64,000 bases of DNA from an uncultured bacterium (GTDB lineage Bacteria; Patescibacteriota; Minisyncoccia; Phycocordibacterales; Phycocordibacteraceae): positions 464,682 through 528,681 of the forward strand of contig CAVXAH010000001.1 in NCBI GenBank assembly GCA_963759775.1, in the 5' to 3' direction. Made by a program: the position numbers and the translations under genes. Of this stretch, positions 41,503-51,367 are shown piece by piece. The stretch's first letter is position 1. Each line of letters starts with the position of its first letter. The notes under the pieces are model-generated. The model was not told the origin of the DNA. It did no database searches and saw nothing but the letters and a program-made list of their open reading frames with translations.

Positions 41503-44163
41503 ATGCACGATCATATTTTTATAAAACCTCTCATACAGCTGTTTGAAGAGTTAGGAACCACGGAAGAGGGACTTTCGACAGGGGAAGCCGCACAGCGGCT
41601 TACCAATGAAGGACCAAACAAACTTCCCGGGACGCCTCCGGACGGGTTCGCGCGTGTTTTTATACGACAATTTCAAAGCCCGCTCATTTATCTTCTCGCA
41701 CTTGCCAGCGTCATTTTGTATGAACTCGGCAGTACGGTAGACGCTCTCATCATTCTTTCTGTGCTCATTCTCAATGCAATCATCGGAGCGATACAAGAAG
41801 GAAAGGCCGAGAACACGCTCCGTGCACTCAGAGATTTTGCCGAGACGAGTGCGACGGTGCGTCGTGGCGGCAACGTTATTGTTATTCCAGATACGGAAGT
41901 GGTGCGAGGAGATGTTCTCGAACTTCGCGAGGGAGAGAAAGTCCCGGCTGACGCGCGCGTTATCCTTGCCGAGGGCCTCACCGTGAATGAGGCGGCTTTA
42001 ACTGGCGAGTCGGAGCCTGTGCACAAAACAGCGGAAGCGGGAACAGAGGAGCAAAAGGAGGAAGAGAGGAATGCTCTGTTTAAGGGTACAAGCGTCACTT
42101 CGGGGCGAGGAATCGCGGTCGTGGTCGCGACTGGCCTTATGACCGCGATTGGCGAAGTGGCGAAGAAAGTGGAAGGTATACACGCCGAAACACCGCTTGC
42201 CGCAGGTATTCGGAAGTTCTCGACACTCATCATTATCGTTGTTGGGGTTGTGAGCGTATTCCTGTTTGCAATAGGGCTTCTTGCTGGCGAGACGTTCCAT
42301 CATATGTTTGCGACCGTAGTGTCGCTTGCGGTCTCAGTGATTCCCGAAGGGCTTCCCATTGTGGTAACACTCGTACTTGCTCTTGGAGTAGAGCGCATGT
42401 CACGCCGCCACGCTCTTGTGAAGAAACTTCAGGCGGTGGAAGCGCTCGGACAGGCAAGTGTCATCGCGGTCGACAAAACGGGCACGCTCACAAAGAACGA
42501 AATGACCGTAGAAAAAATCTACGTCGACAACCGGATTTTTTCAATCAGCGGCGTAGGATATGAGCCGGTAGGCGCGTGTAGTCTTCATGGGCACGTGGTT
42601 GACCCTTTTCACCATCCCGAGCTCATGTATCTCGGTAAGCTCGCGGCGCTCGGCTCCGAGGCGGACGTTCGTTTTTCGGAAGAGCGCAAAGAGTGGGTGG
42701 TGCGGGGCGATCCCACGGAAGCAGCATTAATCGTGTTTGCTCGAAAACTCGGATTTCACAGAGACGAGCTTGAGCGCGAGGCGCCGCGCCTCGAGGAACT
42801 TTTGTTTGACTACCGTCGCAAGTACCATGCAACGCTTCGAGAAGGTGGCGGAAAGAAACTCCTTACCTTTATCGGCGCGCCAGAAATCGTCCTTGCGTAT
42901 TCAAGAAAAATACAAAGAGACGGTGCCGAGCACCCGCTCTTTAAAAGTGAGAGGGACGCTCTTGAAAAGGTACTTACCGACCTTTCGCGCGAAGGACTTC
43001 GTGTCGTCGCCATTGCCGTTGCGCAGGATGTGCATACAATACGTCCCGAACATCTGCCAGAGCTTACCTTTGTGGGGCTTATTGCGATGAAGGATGCGCT
43101 GCGCGCGGAAGTAGCTCCTGCGATGGAAAAGGCGGAAGCCGCAGGTATTCGCGTCGTGATGATTACGGGCGATTACGCCATTACGGCGGAGACGATTGCC
43201 AAAGAAGCGGGCATTTTCAAAAAGGGAGATGAAGTACTGACTGGTGAAGAGATGGACCAGCTCACTGACCACGAACTCTCGGAGAAACTTGCTCAGGTAA
43301 GCGTCTTTGCGCGGGTGACACCGGAACACAAACTTCGCATCATCCAGACCTTTCGTGCGCGAGGGGTCGTGATTGCGATGACGGGGGATGGGGTGAATGA
43401 TGCCCCCTCACTCGTTGCGGCAGACCTCGGGGTTGCGATGGGGAAGATTGGTACCGAAGTCGCAAAAGAGGCGGCAGACATTGTGCTTCTTGATGACGAC
43501 TTTGGAAGCATTGTCTCCGCGGTTGAAGAGGGTAGAAGTATTTATAAAACAATCAAGAAAGTGATTCTCTACATGCTCTCGACGAGCGTCGCCGAAGTGT
43601 TGGCGATAACGGGCTCAATCGCTCTTGGTCTTCCGCTCATCCTGCTTCCTGCCCAAATCATTTGGCTCAATCTCGTTACCGACAGCTTCCTTACTCTCGC
43701 ACTTGCGCTAGAACCAAAAGAGAAAGGACTTCTTTCACGCTCGTTTGCGCGTGGGGGAGCGTCGCTTGTTGATACTCTTATGAAATGGCGCATCGTGGTT
43801 ATGGCGCTCCCCATGGCGCTTGGCGCTCTTTGGATATTTAATCTCTATCTTGATGACCTCACGAAGGCATGGACCATCGCCCTCTCAATGCTTGCAGCAA
43901 CACAGTGGTTCAATGCATGGAACTGTCGTTCAGAAGACCGCTCTATTTTCACCACAAACCCGTTCTCAAATCTTTATTTGGTGGGAGCTCTTGGGGTGGT
44001 AGTAACACTCCAGCTTCTTGCAGTGTATGCCCCTCCTTTTCAAACAGTTCTCCACACAACAGGACTTTCGGCGGGCGACTGGTTCCTCGTACTTCTTACG
44101 GCCACCCCCGTGCTCCTCGCCGAAGAACTCCGCAAGCTCGTGAACAATCTCCGGCGCGCGTAG
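41503..44163 (+). CDS. P-type cation-transporting ATPase (P2, Ca2+/Mg2+-type)
   Basis: TGES, DKTGTLTKNEM, MITGDYAITA, TGDGVNDAPSLVAADLGVAMG. About 10 TM segments. Confidence 0.9.
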   Translation: MHDHIFIKPLIQLFEELGTTEEGLSTGEAAQRLTNEGPNKLPGTPPDGFARVFIRQFQSPLIYLLALASVILYELGSTVDALIILSVLILNAIIGAIQEGKAENTLRALRDFAETSATVRRGGNVIVIPDTEVVRGDVLELREGEKVPADARVILAEGLTVNEAALTGESEPVHKTAEAGTEEQKEEERNALFKGTSVTSGRGIAVVVATGLMTAIGEVAKKVEGIHAETPLAAGIRKFSTLIIIVVGVVSVFLFAIGLLAGETFHHMFATVVSLAVSVIPEGLPIVVTLVLALGVERMSRRHALVKKLQAVEALGQASVIAVDKTGTLTKNEMTVEKIYVDNRIFSISGVGYEPVGACSLHGHVVDPFHHPELMYLGKLAALGSEADVRFSEERKEWVVRGDPTEAALIVFARKLGFHRDELEREAPRLEELLFDYRRKYHATLREGGGKKLLTFIGAPEIVLAYSRKIQRDGAEHPLFKSERDALEKVLTDLSREGLRVVAIAVAQDVHTIRPEHLPELTFVGLIAMKDALRAEVAPAMEKAEAAGIRVVMITGDYAITAETIAKEAGIFKKGDEVLTGEEMDQLTDHELSEKLAQVSVFARVTPEHKLRIIQTFRARGVVIAMTGDGVNDAPSLVAADLGVAMGKIGTEVAKEAADIVLLDDDFGSIVSAVEEGRSIYKTIKKVILYMLSTSVAEVLAITGSIALGLPLILLPAQIIWLNLVTDSFLTLALALEPKEKGLLSRSFARGGASLVDTLMKWRIVVMALPMALGALWIFNLYLDDLTKAWTIALSMLAATQWFNAWNCRSEDRSIFTTNPFSNLYLVGALGVVVTLQLLAVYAPPFQTVLHTTGLSAGDWFLVLLTATPVLLAEELRKLVNNLRRA

Positions 44164-44255
44164 GTACTTGCAATTTCCAATAAGGTGTAGTATAATATAG
44201 TTTGATGGCGGTGAGGATTTCCTCGTCCGCTCAACTGTTTTTTCCGGGGAGATTT

Positions 44256-44888
44256 ATGAAAAAAGTGCTTGCGGTTGTACTACTGCTCGCTGTTTCTTAC
44301 ACAGCAGCGGCAGCGGATCTGTATGGCTTCATTGAGCCCCGCACGACGACGAGTCGCATGGCGGGCGAAGGTAGCACGTACGCGAGAGAAGTCTACGGTT
44401 TTGCCTCGTATGGCGGAACCATCGGCGCATTCGTGTTCGGCCAAACAACGCTTGATACGGACGACGAAGCATTTTCCCAAGCGTACGTCGGACCCTACTG
44501 GCGTCCGACCGAGTGGCTTGAGGTCGGCATCGGCTACGGCAAGGAGTGGTTTGATGGCGAGGAGAGTCGTGCCTCATCCGGCCGTCTTGGGTCGTACATT
44601 GATGTCACGACCGACTATGGCTATGCAGAGCTTGTCTTTGAAAACGGCGACTCTGGGTTCTACTACGAAGCTCGCGTGTCCTACGAACCGACGGATTGGC
44701 TTGGTCTTGGGGGCATCTGGTTCCAGCATTTGGGGCTAGGTCCTCGCATCGAGTTCAAAATCCCAATCGTCGAGAACACGGTTCGGCTCAATGTGTGGGG
44801 TGCATACCTCACGGGCAGTTCCGATGAGCAACCCGATAACACGCTCATGTTCAGCGGCCAAATCGAGGTTGAGTTTCCAGACTTCTGA
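44256..44888 (+). CDS. Secreted protein with an outer-membrane beta-barrel-like sequence pattern
   Basis: GGGGAG Shine-Dalgarno. Signal peptide MKKVLAVVLLLAVSYTAAAA. Alternating amphipathic strands (LEVGIGYG, YAELVFENG, FYYEARVSYEP, VRLNVWGAYL, LMFSGQIEVEF). Terminal residue is Phe (...VEFPDF). Confidence 0.5.
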   Translation: MKKVLAVVLLLAVSYTAAAADLYGFIEPRTTTSRMAGEGSTYAREVYGFASYGGTIGAFVFGQTTLDTDDEAFSQAYVGPYWRPTEWLEVGIGYGKEWFDGEESRASSGRLGSYIDVTTDYGYAELVFENGDSGFYYEARVSYEPTDWLGLGGIWFQHLGLGPRIEFKIPIVENTVRLNVWGAYLTGSSDEQPDNTLMFSGQIEVEFPDF

Positions 44889-44901
44889 CCACAGTTCTTC
44901 A

Positions 44902-44932
44902 AGAGGCGACCAGCAATGGCCGCCTCTTTTTT
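44902..44932 (+). terminator. Intrinsic terminator
   Basis: agaggcgacc-agcaat-ggccgcctct followed by TTTTTTG. Confidence 0.7.
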
Positions 44933-44976
44933 GTAAACATGAAAACCGCTAGGCTATGCGCTAGTGCATATCTTTA

Positions 44977-46755
44977 TTATTTTAGAAATCCGCCCGCCTG
45001 AATTTCCCATAGTTTTTTGTAGAGATTGCTTTCTTGTGCAAGAAGCTCGTCATGAGAACCAGAAAGCACCACGTTTCCTTTTTCCATAACAATAATTTTG
45101 TCCATTTTCATGATTGTGGAGAGCCGGTGCGCAATTGCGATAATTGTTTTCCCCTGCATAAGGTTTGCAAGCGCATCCTGAATCAGAGCTTCAGACTCAG
45201 AATCAAGGCTCGATGTTGCTTCATCGAGTACGAGAATCGGCGCATTTTTCAGGATTGCACGAGCAATCGCAACGCGCTGGCGCTCACCACCCGAGAGTTT
45301 TACGCCGCGCTCGCCAACATATGTTTCAAAGCCACTCGGATACTGTTTGATAAACTCGAGACAGTGCGCCTGTTTTGCGGCTTCGATAACTTCTGCATCC
45401 GTCGCCTCTGGTCGCCCATAGCGAATATTTTCCATAAGCGTGCGGTGAAAAAGAAGCGGCTCCTGTGGGACAAACGCAATAGAGGCGCGTAGACTTTCTT
45501 GCGATACTTGAGCAATGTTCTGTTTGTCGATAAGAATTGCTCCCCCTGAGACATTGTAGAGGCGTAGAAGAAGTTTAGTAATCGTGCTCTTTCCTGCGCC
45601 AGACGATCCTACAAGGGCAACTTTTTCGCGTGGAGCCACAGACAGGTTGAATTTTTGAAGAACCGCCATACCTTCACCATAGCGAAACTCAACATTTTGG
45701 AAATGAATCGCACCCTGGCTCACCGAGAGCGGTACGGCACGCGGTACATTCATAATGTCATGAGGCGTTTCGAGAATATCAACCATTTCAGATGCGTCGG
45801 AGAATGCGTCGTAAAGCTGACGCATATTTCTTCCAATACCCCAGGTACGATCAAAGAGTCCGAGGACGTATATCTGAATGAGCACAAAGTCACCCACGGT
45901 AAGTATCCCTTTCTGCCAGAGAAAAACTGACCCTCCCAAAAGTCCGAACTCAATACCAATCGCCAAGATGCCCTGAACACCAAATATCCAAATGTCTGCG
46001 CTCCATGCACGTATCGTTGCCTGATACCAACGCGTAACGGTCTCACCAAAACGCAAACGTTCAAAGGGGGCCGCTGCAAAGATAGTGACGGTTGAGTGGT
46101 TTGCCACCACATCCGACAACAGACCCGTCACCCGACTATCCTCTGCGGTCCGTGCGGTCCGAAGTGTTTGCTTCCAACGCGCCATGAGTATCTGTATGAG
46201 TACAAAAAAGACTGTCCAGACGAAAATACCCACACCAAGCCAAATATTTTTCATCGAGAGCACACCGATGATTCCCACTACATACACAAGGGCAGGCGAG
46301 AAATTTAAGAGAACATTGTCGAGCACTTGCTCAAATGCATTTACATACCGTGTCACTCGGCGCGTAAGTGTTCCTGCAAAGTGTGAAATAAAAAAATCGT
46401 GCGAATGACCAATAAGATATGCAAAAGCTGTCGCATATAAATCTTTCATGGCGCGCGCCTCAAAATTTAAAACGGTATACATGCGCAGGCGCTGACCAAG
46501 CCAGCTAACAAAACTAATAGAGCTAAACATAAAAAGCGTTATGAAAAGCGCATGGACTACTTCTGAGGAAGGTCCATTTTTAGTGAGCAAATTGATGAAC
46601 TTGCTTAAGTAGATTGGCCCGACTACATTTGCTATTTCGATCAAAAAAATGCCGCAAAAAGCGCCAAAAAGGAAATATGGGTATTTCACCGCCGCCTTTC
46701 CATAAGCCACCATTACGGCACGTACCTTCATTTCTTTTCTTAGTTCCTCGGGCAT
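44977..46755 (-). CDS. ABC exporter, fused permease/ATPase (MsbA/type I exporter-like)
   Basis: Six N-terminal TM segments. GSSGAGKST, LSGGERQRVAIARAIL, ILVLDEATSSLD. Confidence 0.9.
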   Translation of the reverse strand: MPEELRKEMKVRAVMVAYGKAAVKYPYFLFGAFCGIFLIEIANVVGPIYLSKFINLLTKNGPSSEVVHALFITLFMFSSISFVSWLGQRLRMYTVLNFEARAMKDLYATAFAYLIGHSHDFFISHFAGTLTRRVTRYVNAFEQVLDNVLLNFSPALVYVVGIIGVLSMKNIWLGVGIFVWTVFFVLIQILMARWKQTLRTARTAEDSRVTGLLSDVVANHSTVTIFAAAPFERLRFGETVTRWYQATIRAWSADIWIFGVQGILAIGIEFGLLGGSVFLWQKGILTVGDFVLIQIYVLGLFDRTWGIGRNMRQLYDAFSDASEMVDILETPHDIMNVPRAVPLSVSQGAIHFQNVEFRYGEGMAVLQKFNLSVAPREKVALVGSSGAGKSTITKLLLRLYNVSGGAILIDKQNIAQVSQESLRASIAFVPQEPLLFHRTLMENIRYGRPEATDAEVIEAAKQAHCLEFIKQYPSGFETYVGERGVKLSGGERQRVAIARAILKNAPILVLDEATSSLDSESEALIQDALANLMQGKTIIAIAHRLSTIMKMDKIIVMEKGNVVLSGSHDELLAQESNLYKKLWEIQAGGFLK

Positions 46756-46820
46756 AAAGACTTCATTGTAATACGAATAAGAGGGTTGCGCGGCGTTTGG
46801 ACTTGGGTAAGTGATTGGCT

Positions 46821-47396
46821 ATGGTCGAGGGTGTATCTTTAAACCATATGGACCCCAAATGGAACGATTACATCAAGAAGACCAAAAATTCTAATCCACG
46901 CCCTTTGCTCGTGGAGGCTTTGCAATATGTGGAAAAGGGCAAAGCGCTTGATCTTGGATGTGGAGCGGGGAACGACACTCGGTTTCTCAAAGAAAAAGGA
47001 TTTGAGGTGGCGAGTGTGGATTCAAATGAAGGAGTCAAAGAGTTTGTGCCGGATGCCATCACTTCTTCTTTTGAAGACTTCAATTTTGGCCAAGGGTACG
47101 ATTTGGTCAGTGCGCAGTACGCACTTCCATTCAATCCACCGGATTCTTTCAATACAATGTTCAAACGTCTCACGAAATCATTGAAGTCAGCAGGTATTTT
47201 TACTGGACAGTTTTTCGGGAAAGAGGATTCGTGGTCAAGCAACAAAAACATGACCTTCCACTCCGAGAACGAGGGTAAAGATCTTCTTGCTCTCTACAAA
47301 ATCCACGTCTTTCGCGAAGAAAAGAAACATGGAAAGACAGTGTCGGGCGAGGATAAATTCTGGCACGTATTTCATGTGATTGCGGAAAAGAGGTAG
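46821..47396 (+). CDS. Class I SAM-dependent methyltransferase
   Basis: Motif I ALDLGCGAGNDTRFL, ...EVASVDSNE, ...YDLVSAQYALPF. Confidence 0.75.
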   Translation: MVEGVSLNHMDPKWNDYIKKTKNSNPRPLLVEALQYVEKGKALDLGCGAGNDTRFLKEKGFEVASVDSNEGVKEFVPDAITSSFEDFNFGQGYDLVSAQYALPFNPPDSFNTMFKRLTKSLKSAGIFTGQFFGKEDSWSSNKNMTFHSENEGKDLLALYKIHVFREEKKHGKTVSGEDKFWHVFHVIAEKR

Positions 47397-47408
47397 AATT
47401 GCAATTCC

Positions 47409-47759
47409 ATGCCGTCTTTGCGAACTCCAGAAGGGAAAAAGAAATACCAAGAATATCTGCAAAAACTAGAAATAGACGCCTCTTGCGTGCTATGTGAGAA
47501 GCAGGCGTTAAAAGAATTCAGATACTGGAAAGTCACCGATAATAGTTTTCCATACGACCTGATTGCAAAAGCTCACCACATGCTAGTACCAGTTCGCCAC
47601 GTCTCTGAAAGTGAACTAAGCGAAGATGAATTGAGTGAATTGAAAGAAATTAAATATACATACGCAAATACGGAATATGACTACCTTATTGAAGCGACCT
47701 CAAAAAATAAATCAATTCCCACCCACCACCATTTGCATTTAATTGTTGGTAAATCGTAA
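47409..47759 (+). CDS. HIT-family (histidine triad-like) protein
   Basis: C-terminal PTHHHLHLIVG triad and N-terminal CVLCEK. TAGAAT box 9 nt upstream of the ATG. Confidence 0.6.
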   Translation: MPSLRTPEGKKKYQEYLQKLEIDASCVLCEKQALKEFRYWKVTDNSFPYDLIAKAHHMLVPVRHVSESELSEDELSELKEIKYTYANTEYDYLIEATSKNKSIPTHHHLHLIVGKS

Positions 47760-47814
47760 TTAAGATTGGAAGTACGAGGAAATCGTGACTGTCCTCATTT
47801 CCATTTCTAAACAT

Positions 47815-47843
47815 AAGAAAAGGCGCCGACGTTCATCGGCGCC
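47815..47843 (-). terminator. Terminator of the MFS gene (also serves the convergent HIT gene)
   Basis: ggcgccga-cgttca-tcggcgcc. On the minus strand it is followed by TTTTCTT. Confidence 0.65.
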
Positions 47844-47867
47844 CAAATCAACTCGCACACCTTCTCC

Positions 47868-49046
47868 CTAGGCAATCTTTCTGACGTAGGTTCGGTAGCT
47901 CATGAATCCAAGGCTAAGAGCGGCAAAACCGAGTACGGCAAGCGAATACAAGAGCCCGGTCGTATCGGTAAGAAACCCGAAGATCGCAAGTCCAATGATC
48001 GCCATGAGATTTGCAATGGAAGATTGGATCGACAAGACGGTTGCCCGTATGCCACTTGTGATGTGTCGGTGCAGATAATCTCCGACAAATGGGCGCATAA
48101 AGCCTCTCACGATGTTTTGCACAACCACTAAGTAGGCAAAGGACATAATGGGAACAAGACTCATGAGTAGGATCGGAAGACCAAGACAAAGGATCATTCC
48201 AAGAACGCAAGCCCGTTCCCCAATCCACCCCTCAACCTTATGCGCATTGTGGCTCGAGATCCACGCCGTTGCATTCAAGCAGAAGAAGATAACGCCATAG
48301 TAAGGAAGTGGAAGCTGCACCAATTCAAAGTACGGGTTGTAAGTGAAGAACCATACTTTTGAAGTGGTTGCGAGTAAGGCCGCAAATCCTACCATCCAAC
48401 GTACCTCGACTGACTTTATGACGAACATGGCGCCCTGCCTCAGCGTTTGGAGTTGTTTCTCTACCGAGTAGTGCTCTGTCTGTACAGGCTCTTTGAAGAA
48501 GAACGCTGCGACGAGCGGAATGAGCATAAACGGCAGGCCAATCCATAGCGGTAGTCGCAAATCAACATCAGCAAGGAATCCGACAGTAAGCGAACAACAG
48601 GCAATCAGAATCAATCGTGCCCCAATTGCTTGCCCTTCGATACGTTTGTATTCCGACTCCCTTCCTTGTTCCTTAAGAGTGTCGTACAGAAGAGCCGTAT
48701 CAGCTCCTGACTGCATGCTGAAGCCGATTGCCCACAAGATATTTCCGATCCACGCTTCAAGTGGAGTGCGCATGATGGTGAAGAAGAAAGCACTCCCGAA
48801 CAGAAAGACTCTACCGATGACGATGCTTTTCTTTCTCCCGATCACATCGGCAAGTGCTCCCGAAGGAATGTCGAGCAGAACACAGATACAGAGCACAACG
48901 GACTCCATGTAGTAGATATCCGGTAAGTCCATGTGTGCCAGCTTGCCGAGCGAGGTGATCAGAATCGGACCCCAGAGAAGAGGTTCATTGAAGATGGCGT
49001 ACAACCGATACAGCAGAATATTGCGTCCAGCGTCAATTTCGTTCAC
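47868..49046 (-). CDS. MFS transporter (12 TM)
   Basis: GALADVIGRKKSIVIGR is the MFS loop 2-3 motif. GTG start preceded by GGAGA. Confidence 0.85.
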   Translation of the reverse strand: MNEIDAGRNILLYRLYAIFNEPLLWGPILITSLGKLAHMDLPDIYYMESVVLCICVLLDIPSGALADVIGRKKSIVIGRVFLFGSAFFFTIMRTPLEAWIGNILWAIGFSMQSGADTALLYDTLKEQGRESEYKRIEGQAIGARLILIACCSLTVGFLADVDLRLPLWIGLPFMLIPLVAAFFFKEPVQTEHYSVEKQLQTLRQGAMFVIKSVEVRWMVGFAALLATTSKVWFFTYNPYFELVQLPLPYYGVIFFCLNATAWISSHNAHKVEGWIGERACVLGMILCLGLPILLMSLVPIMSFAYLVVVQNIVRGFMRPFVGDYLHRHITSGIRATVLSIQSSIANLMAIIGLAIFGFLTDTTGLLYSLAVLGFAALSLGFMSYRTYVRKIA

Positions 49047-49289
49047 AAGATTCTCCTTGAGAGAAGGTATGGATTATTTACGTGTGCGAGTTGTCAAAGA
49101 ACACGCTCTGCTCAAGAAAACGAGAAAACCTCGGCTTCCGCAGAGCCGAGGTTTTTCTAAAGGAGGGGAGTGATGAGAAAAATCGCGGCTATGCGCAAGG
49201 GAAAACAGCAAGAAGTGAAATCTTTGCCGTTTCGCACATGACATATCCGCGATTCAAATTCATAGATACATAATAATTAATCTGAGAGA
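49047..49289 (-). promoter_or_regulatory. Promoter plus ~200-nt structured leader with an intrinsic terminator upstream of the MFS gene (candidate riboswitch or attenuator)
   Basis: On the minus strand: TTGACA (49289-49284), 16-nt spacer, TATTAT (49267-49262). A closing helix AATCGCGG (49254-49247) / CCGCGATT (49188-49181) encloses 58 nt. A 12-bp hairpin (49155-49125) is followed by TTTTCTCGTTTTC. Then GGAGA and the GTG start at 49046. Confidence 0.45.
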
Positions 49290-49342
49290 TTTGTCAAATC
49301 ACATTGACTTGCGTTAATTAGAATTAAGTGTACAATGTTTTC

Positions 49343-50335
49343 ATGAATAACGTAACTTCTATGTTGCCGCCAAGCATTAAGGATTGGCGGGACCTCATAG
49401 GAAATACTCCACTCGTCAAAATTGAGCGTCTTTTTGCTGATAGCGAGCTTAATGTGTTCGCGAAATTGGAATCCTTCAATCTCGGAGGTAGTACGAAGGA
49501 TCGTCCGGCACTACTCATGCTCGAAAGTGCTTTGAAAGAAGGTGGAGTGAGTAAGGGAGGGACGGTGATCGAGTCTAGTTCTGGCAATATGGGTATCGGG
49601 CTTGCGCAAACTTGCCTGCGACACGGACTTAAATTCGTCGTGGTCGTTGACCCTCGTACCACGACCGCAAACATAAACGTAATGAAAGCGTTGGGAGCGA
49701 CTATTGAAATGGTTAATTCACTCGGCAAGAATACTGGTAGCTACCTCGAGTCTCGTCTCGAGAGAGTGGATCAGCTTCTCAAGGAAATTCCCGGGAGTTA
49801 TTGGCCGAATCAATATGCGAACGAGAATAATCCAAGGGCGCATCATAAAACAATGCAGGAAATCGATGACGCTTTGGGAGGCAAGGTCGACTACCTCTTT
49901 TGCGCAACTGGAACGTGCGGGACAATTCGCGGATGTTCAGATTATTTGCGACAGAAAGGGAGAGCTACAAAAATAATTGCGGTTGATGCTGAGGGGAGCG
50001 TCATCTTTGGCGGAAAACCCGGGAAGCGGCTGGTGCCAGGGCACGGTTCGTCAGCTCGATCGAATTTATATCGAGATGATATGGCTGATAAGGTTGTGCA
50101 CGTGGGAGACGAAGCCTGCGTCATCGGGTGCAGGCTACTCCTTGAAAAGGAAGCTATTTTTGCTGGTGGATCTTCCGGTGCAGTAGTCAGTGCTTTTCTA
50201 AAAATGAAAAACGAGATTCCTGCTGGCTCAAACGTCGTCATGATTTTTCCCGATCGCGGAGAAAGATATTTGGATACCGTTTACGATCCAGCTTGGGTCA
50301 ATGAAAATCTTGGAGAGGTTTCTATGAATATATAG
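49343..50335 (+). CDS. sbnA: SbnA-like PLP-dependent enzyme (N-(2-amino-2-carboxyethyl)-L-glutamate synthase; cysteine synthase fold)
   Basis: GNTPLV...AKLESFNLGGSTKDRPA...SSGNMGIGLA...YWPNQYANENN...IIAVDAEGSVIFGG...FAGGSSGA...IFPDRGERYLDTVYDPAW tracks S. aureus SbnA block by block. TACAAT box 6 nt upstream of ATG 49343 (the ORF track starts at GTG 49328). Confidence 0.8.
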   Translation: MNNVTSMLPPSIKDWRDLIGNTPLVKIERLFADSELNVFAKLESFNLGGSTKDRPALLMLESALKEGGVSKGGTVIESSSGNMGIGLAQTCLRHGLKFVVVVDPRTTTANINVMKALGATIEMVNSLGKNTGSYLESRLERVDQLLKEIPGSYWPNQYANENNPRAHHKTMQEIDDALGGKVDYLFCATGTCGTIRGCSDYLRQKGRATKIIAVDAEGSVIFGGKPGKRLVPGHGSSARSNLYRDDMADKVVHVGDEACVIGCRLLLEKEAIFAGGSSGAVVSAFLKMKNEIPAGSNVVMIFPDRGERYLDTVYDPAWVNENLGEVSMNI

Positions 50336-50337
50336 AT

Positions 50338-51360
50338 ATGTCACACAAAAACGATAAGCTCTGCATTCTCACGGGCGATGATGTTGGGAAAATTATTTCT
50401 GGCAAAGAGAATCGCATCATTGAGATTATTCGGGATGCGTATATTTCACATCAAAAAGGTGACAGCACCTTACCTCATTCTACGTTTCTTCGTTTCCCAG
50501 ATAAGGCAAAAGATAGAATTATCGGTCTACCCGCATACATTCAGGGCGCAGCAGGCATTAAATGGATCGCCTCATTTCCAGAGAACGTTAAACACGGTAT
50601 TGATCGTGCTTCGGCAGCCATTATCTTAAATTCCCTTGAAACGGGTCGCCCGTACGGAATTCTTGAAGGATCGATCATAAGTGCAAAGAGAACCGCGGCA
50701 AGTGCCGCGCTTGCTGCAAAAGTGCTTGCGGGCAATAGAACGATTGAAGACGTGAGTCTCATTGGGTGCGGGTTGATTAATTTCGAGATTCTAAAATTTC
50801 TCGTCTCACAGTTCAAAAATATTAAAGCGGTAAACATATTTGACCTCGATACAGAAAAAGCGAAAAAGTTTCTTTCAAAAACGGTTGAAATCGTTGATGC
50901 CGACGTTCGCATATGTGATAGTGCCGCAGAAGCATACGGGTCATCAAAACTCGTATCTTTTGCCACAACGGCATCTGTACCACATGTGAATGACACGGAC
51001 CTCTTTAGGGGGGATGCGATCATCCTCCATCTCTCCCTACGTGACTTAGGTGTGGGTATCATTAAAAACAGCATTAACGTTGTTGATGATCTCGATCATG
51101 TGAACCGAGAGCATACGAGTATTCATCTTGCTTCTCAAGAAACAGGGGCAACGAACTTTGTCACCACTTCTCTCGGGGAACTTCTGCTTGGAGTCAAACA
51201 GGCCCCCGAGTCCGGCAAACCCGTTATTTTTTCTCCGTTTGGCCTTGGGGTTCTCGATATACAATTGGCACGATTTGTATACGAAGAAGCTGCCAAGGAA
51301 GGAATGGGGACTGTAGTTAAAGATTTCATTCCGTCGAGCTGGCTCGAGAGACCTTACTAA
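50338..51360 (+). CDS. sbnB: SbnB-like NAD-dependent dehydrogenase (ornithine cyclodeaminase/mu-crystallin family)
   Basis: GIKWIASFPEN...RASAAIILNSLETGRP...SAKRTAASAALAAK...LIGCGLIN... is collinear with SbnB (GIKWIGS, RASGVIILND, SSMRTAAVS, IIGCGLIG). It starts 3 nt after sbnA. Confidence 0.75.
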   Translation: MSHKNDKLCILTGDDVGKIISGKENRIIEIIRDAYISHQKGDSTLPHSTFLRFPDKAKDRIIGLPAYIQGAAGIKWIASFPENVKHGIDRASAAIILNSLETGRPYGILEGSIISAKRTAASAALAAKVLAGNRTIEDVSLIGCGLINFEILKFLVSQFKNIKAVNIFDLDTEKAKKFLSKTVEIVDADVRICDSAAEAYGSSKLVSFATTASVPHVNDTDLFRGDAIILHLSLRDLGVGIIKNSINVVDDLDHVNREHTSIHLASQETGATNFVTTSLGELLLGVKQAPESGKPVIFSPFGLGVLDIQLARFVYEEAAKEGMGTVVKDFIPSSWLERPY

Positions 51361-51367
51361 AAATCTT

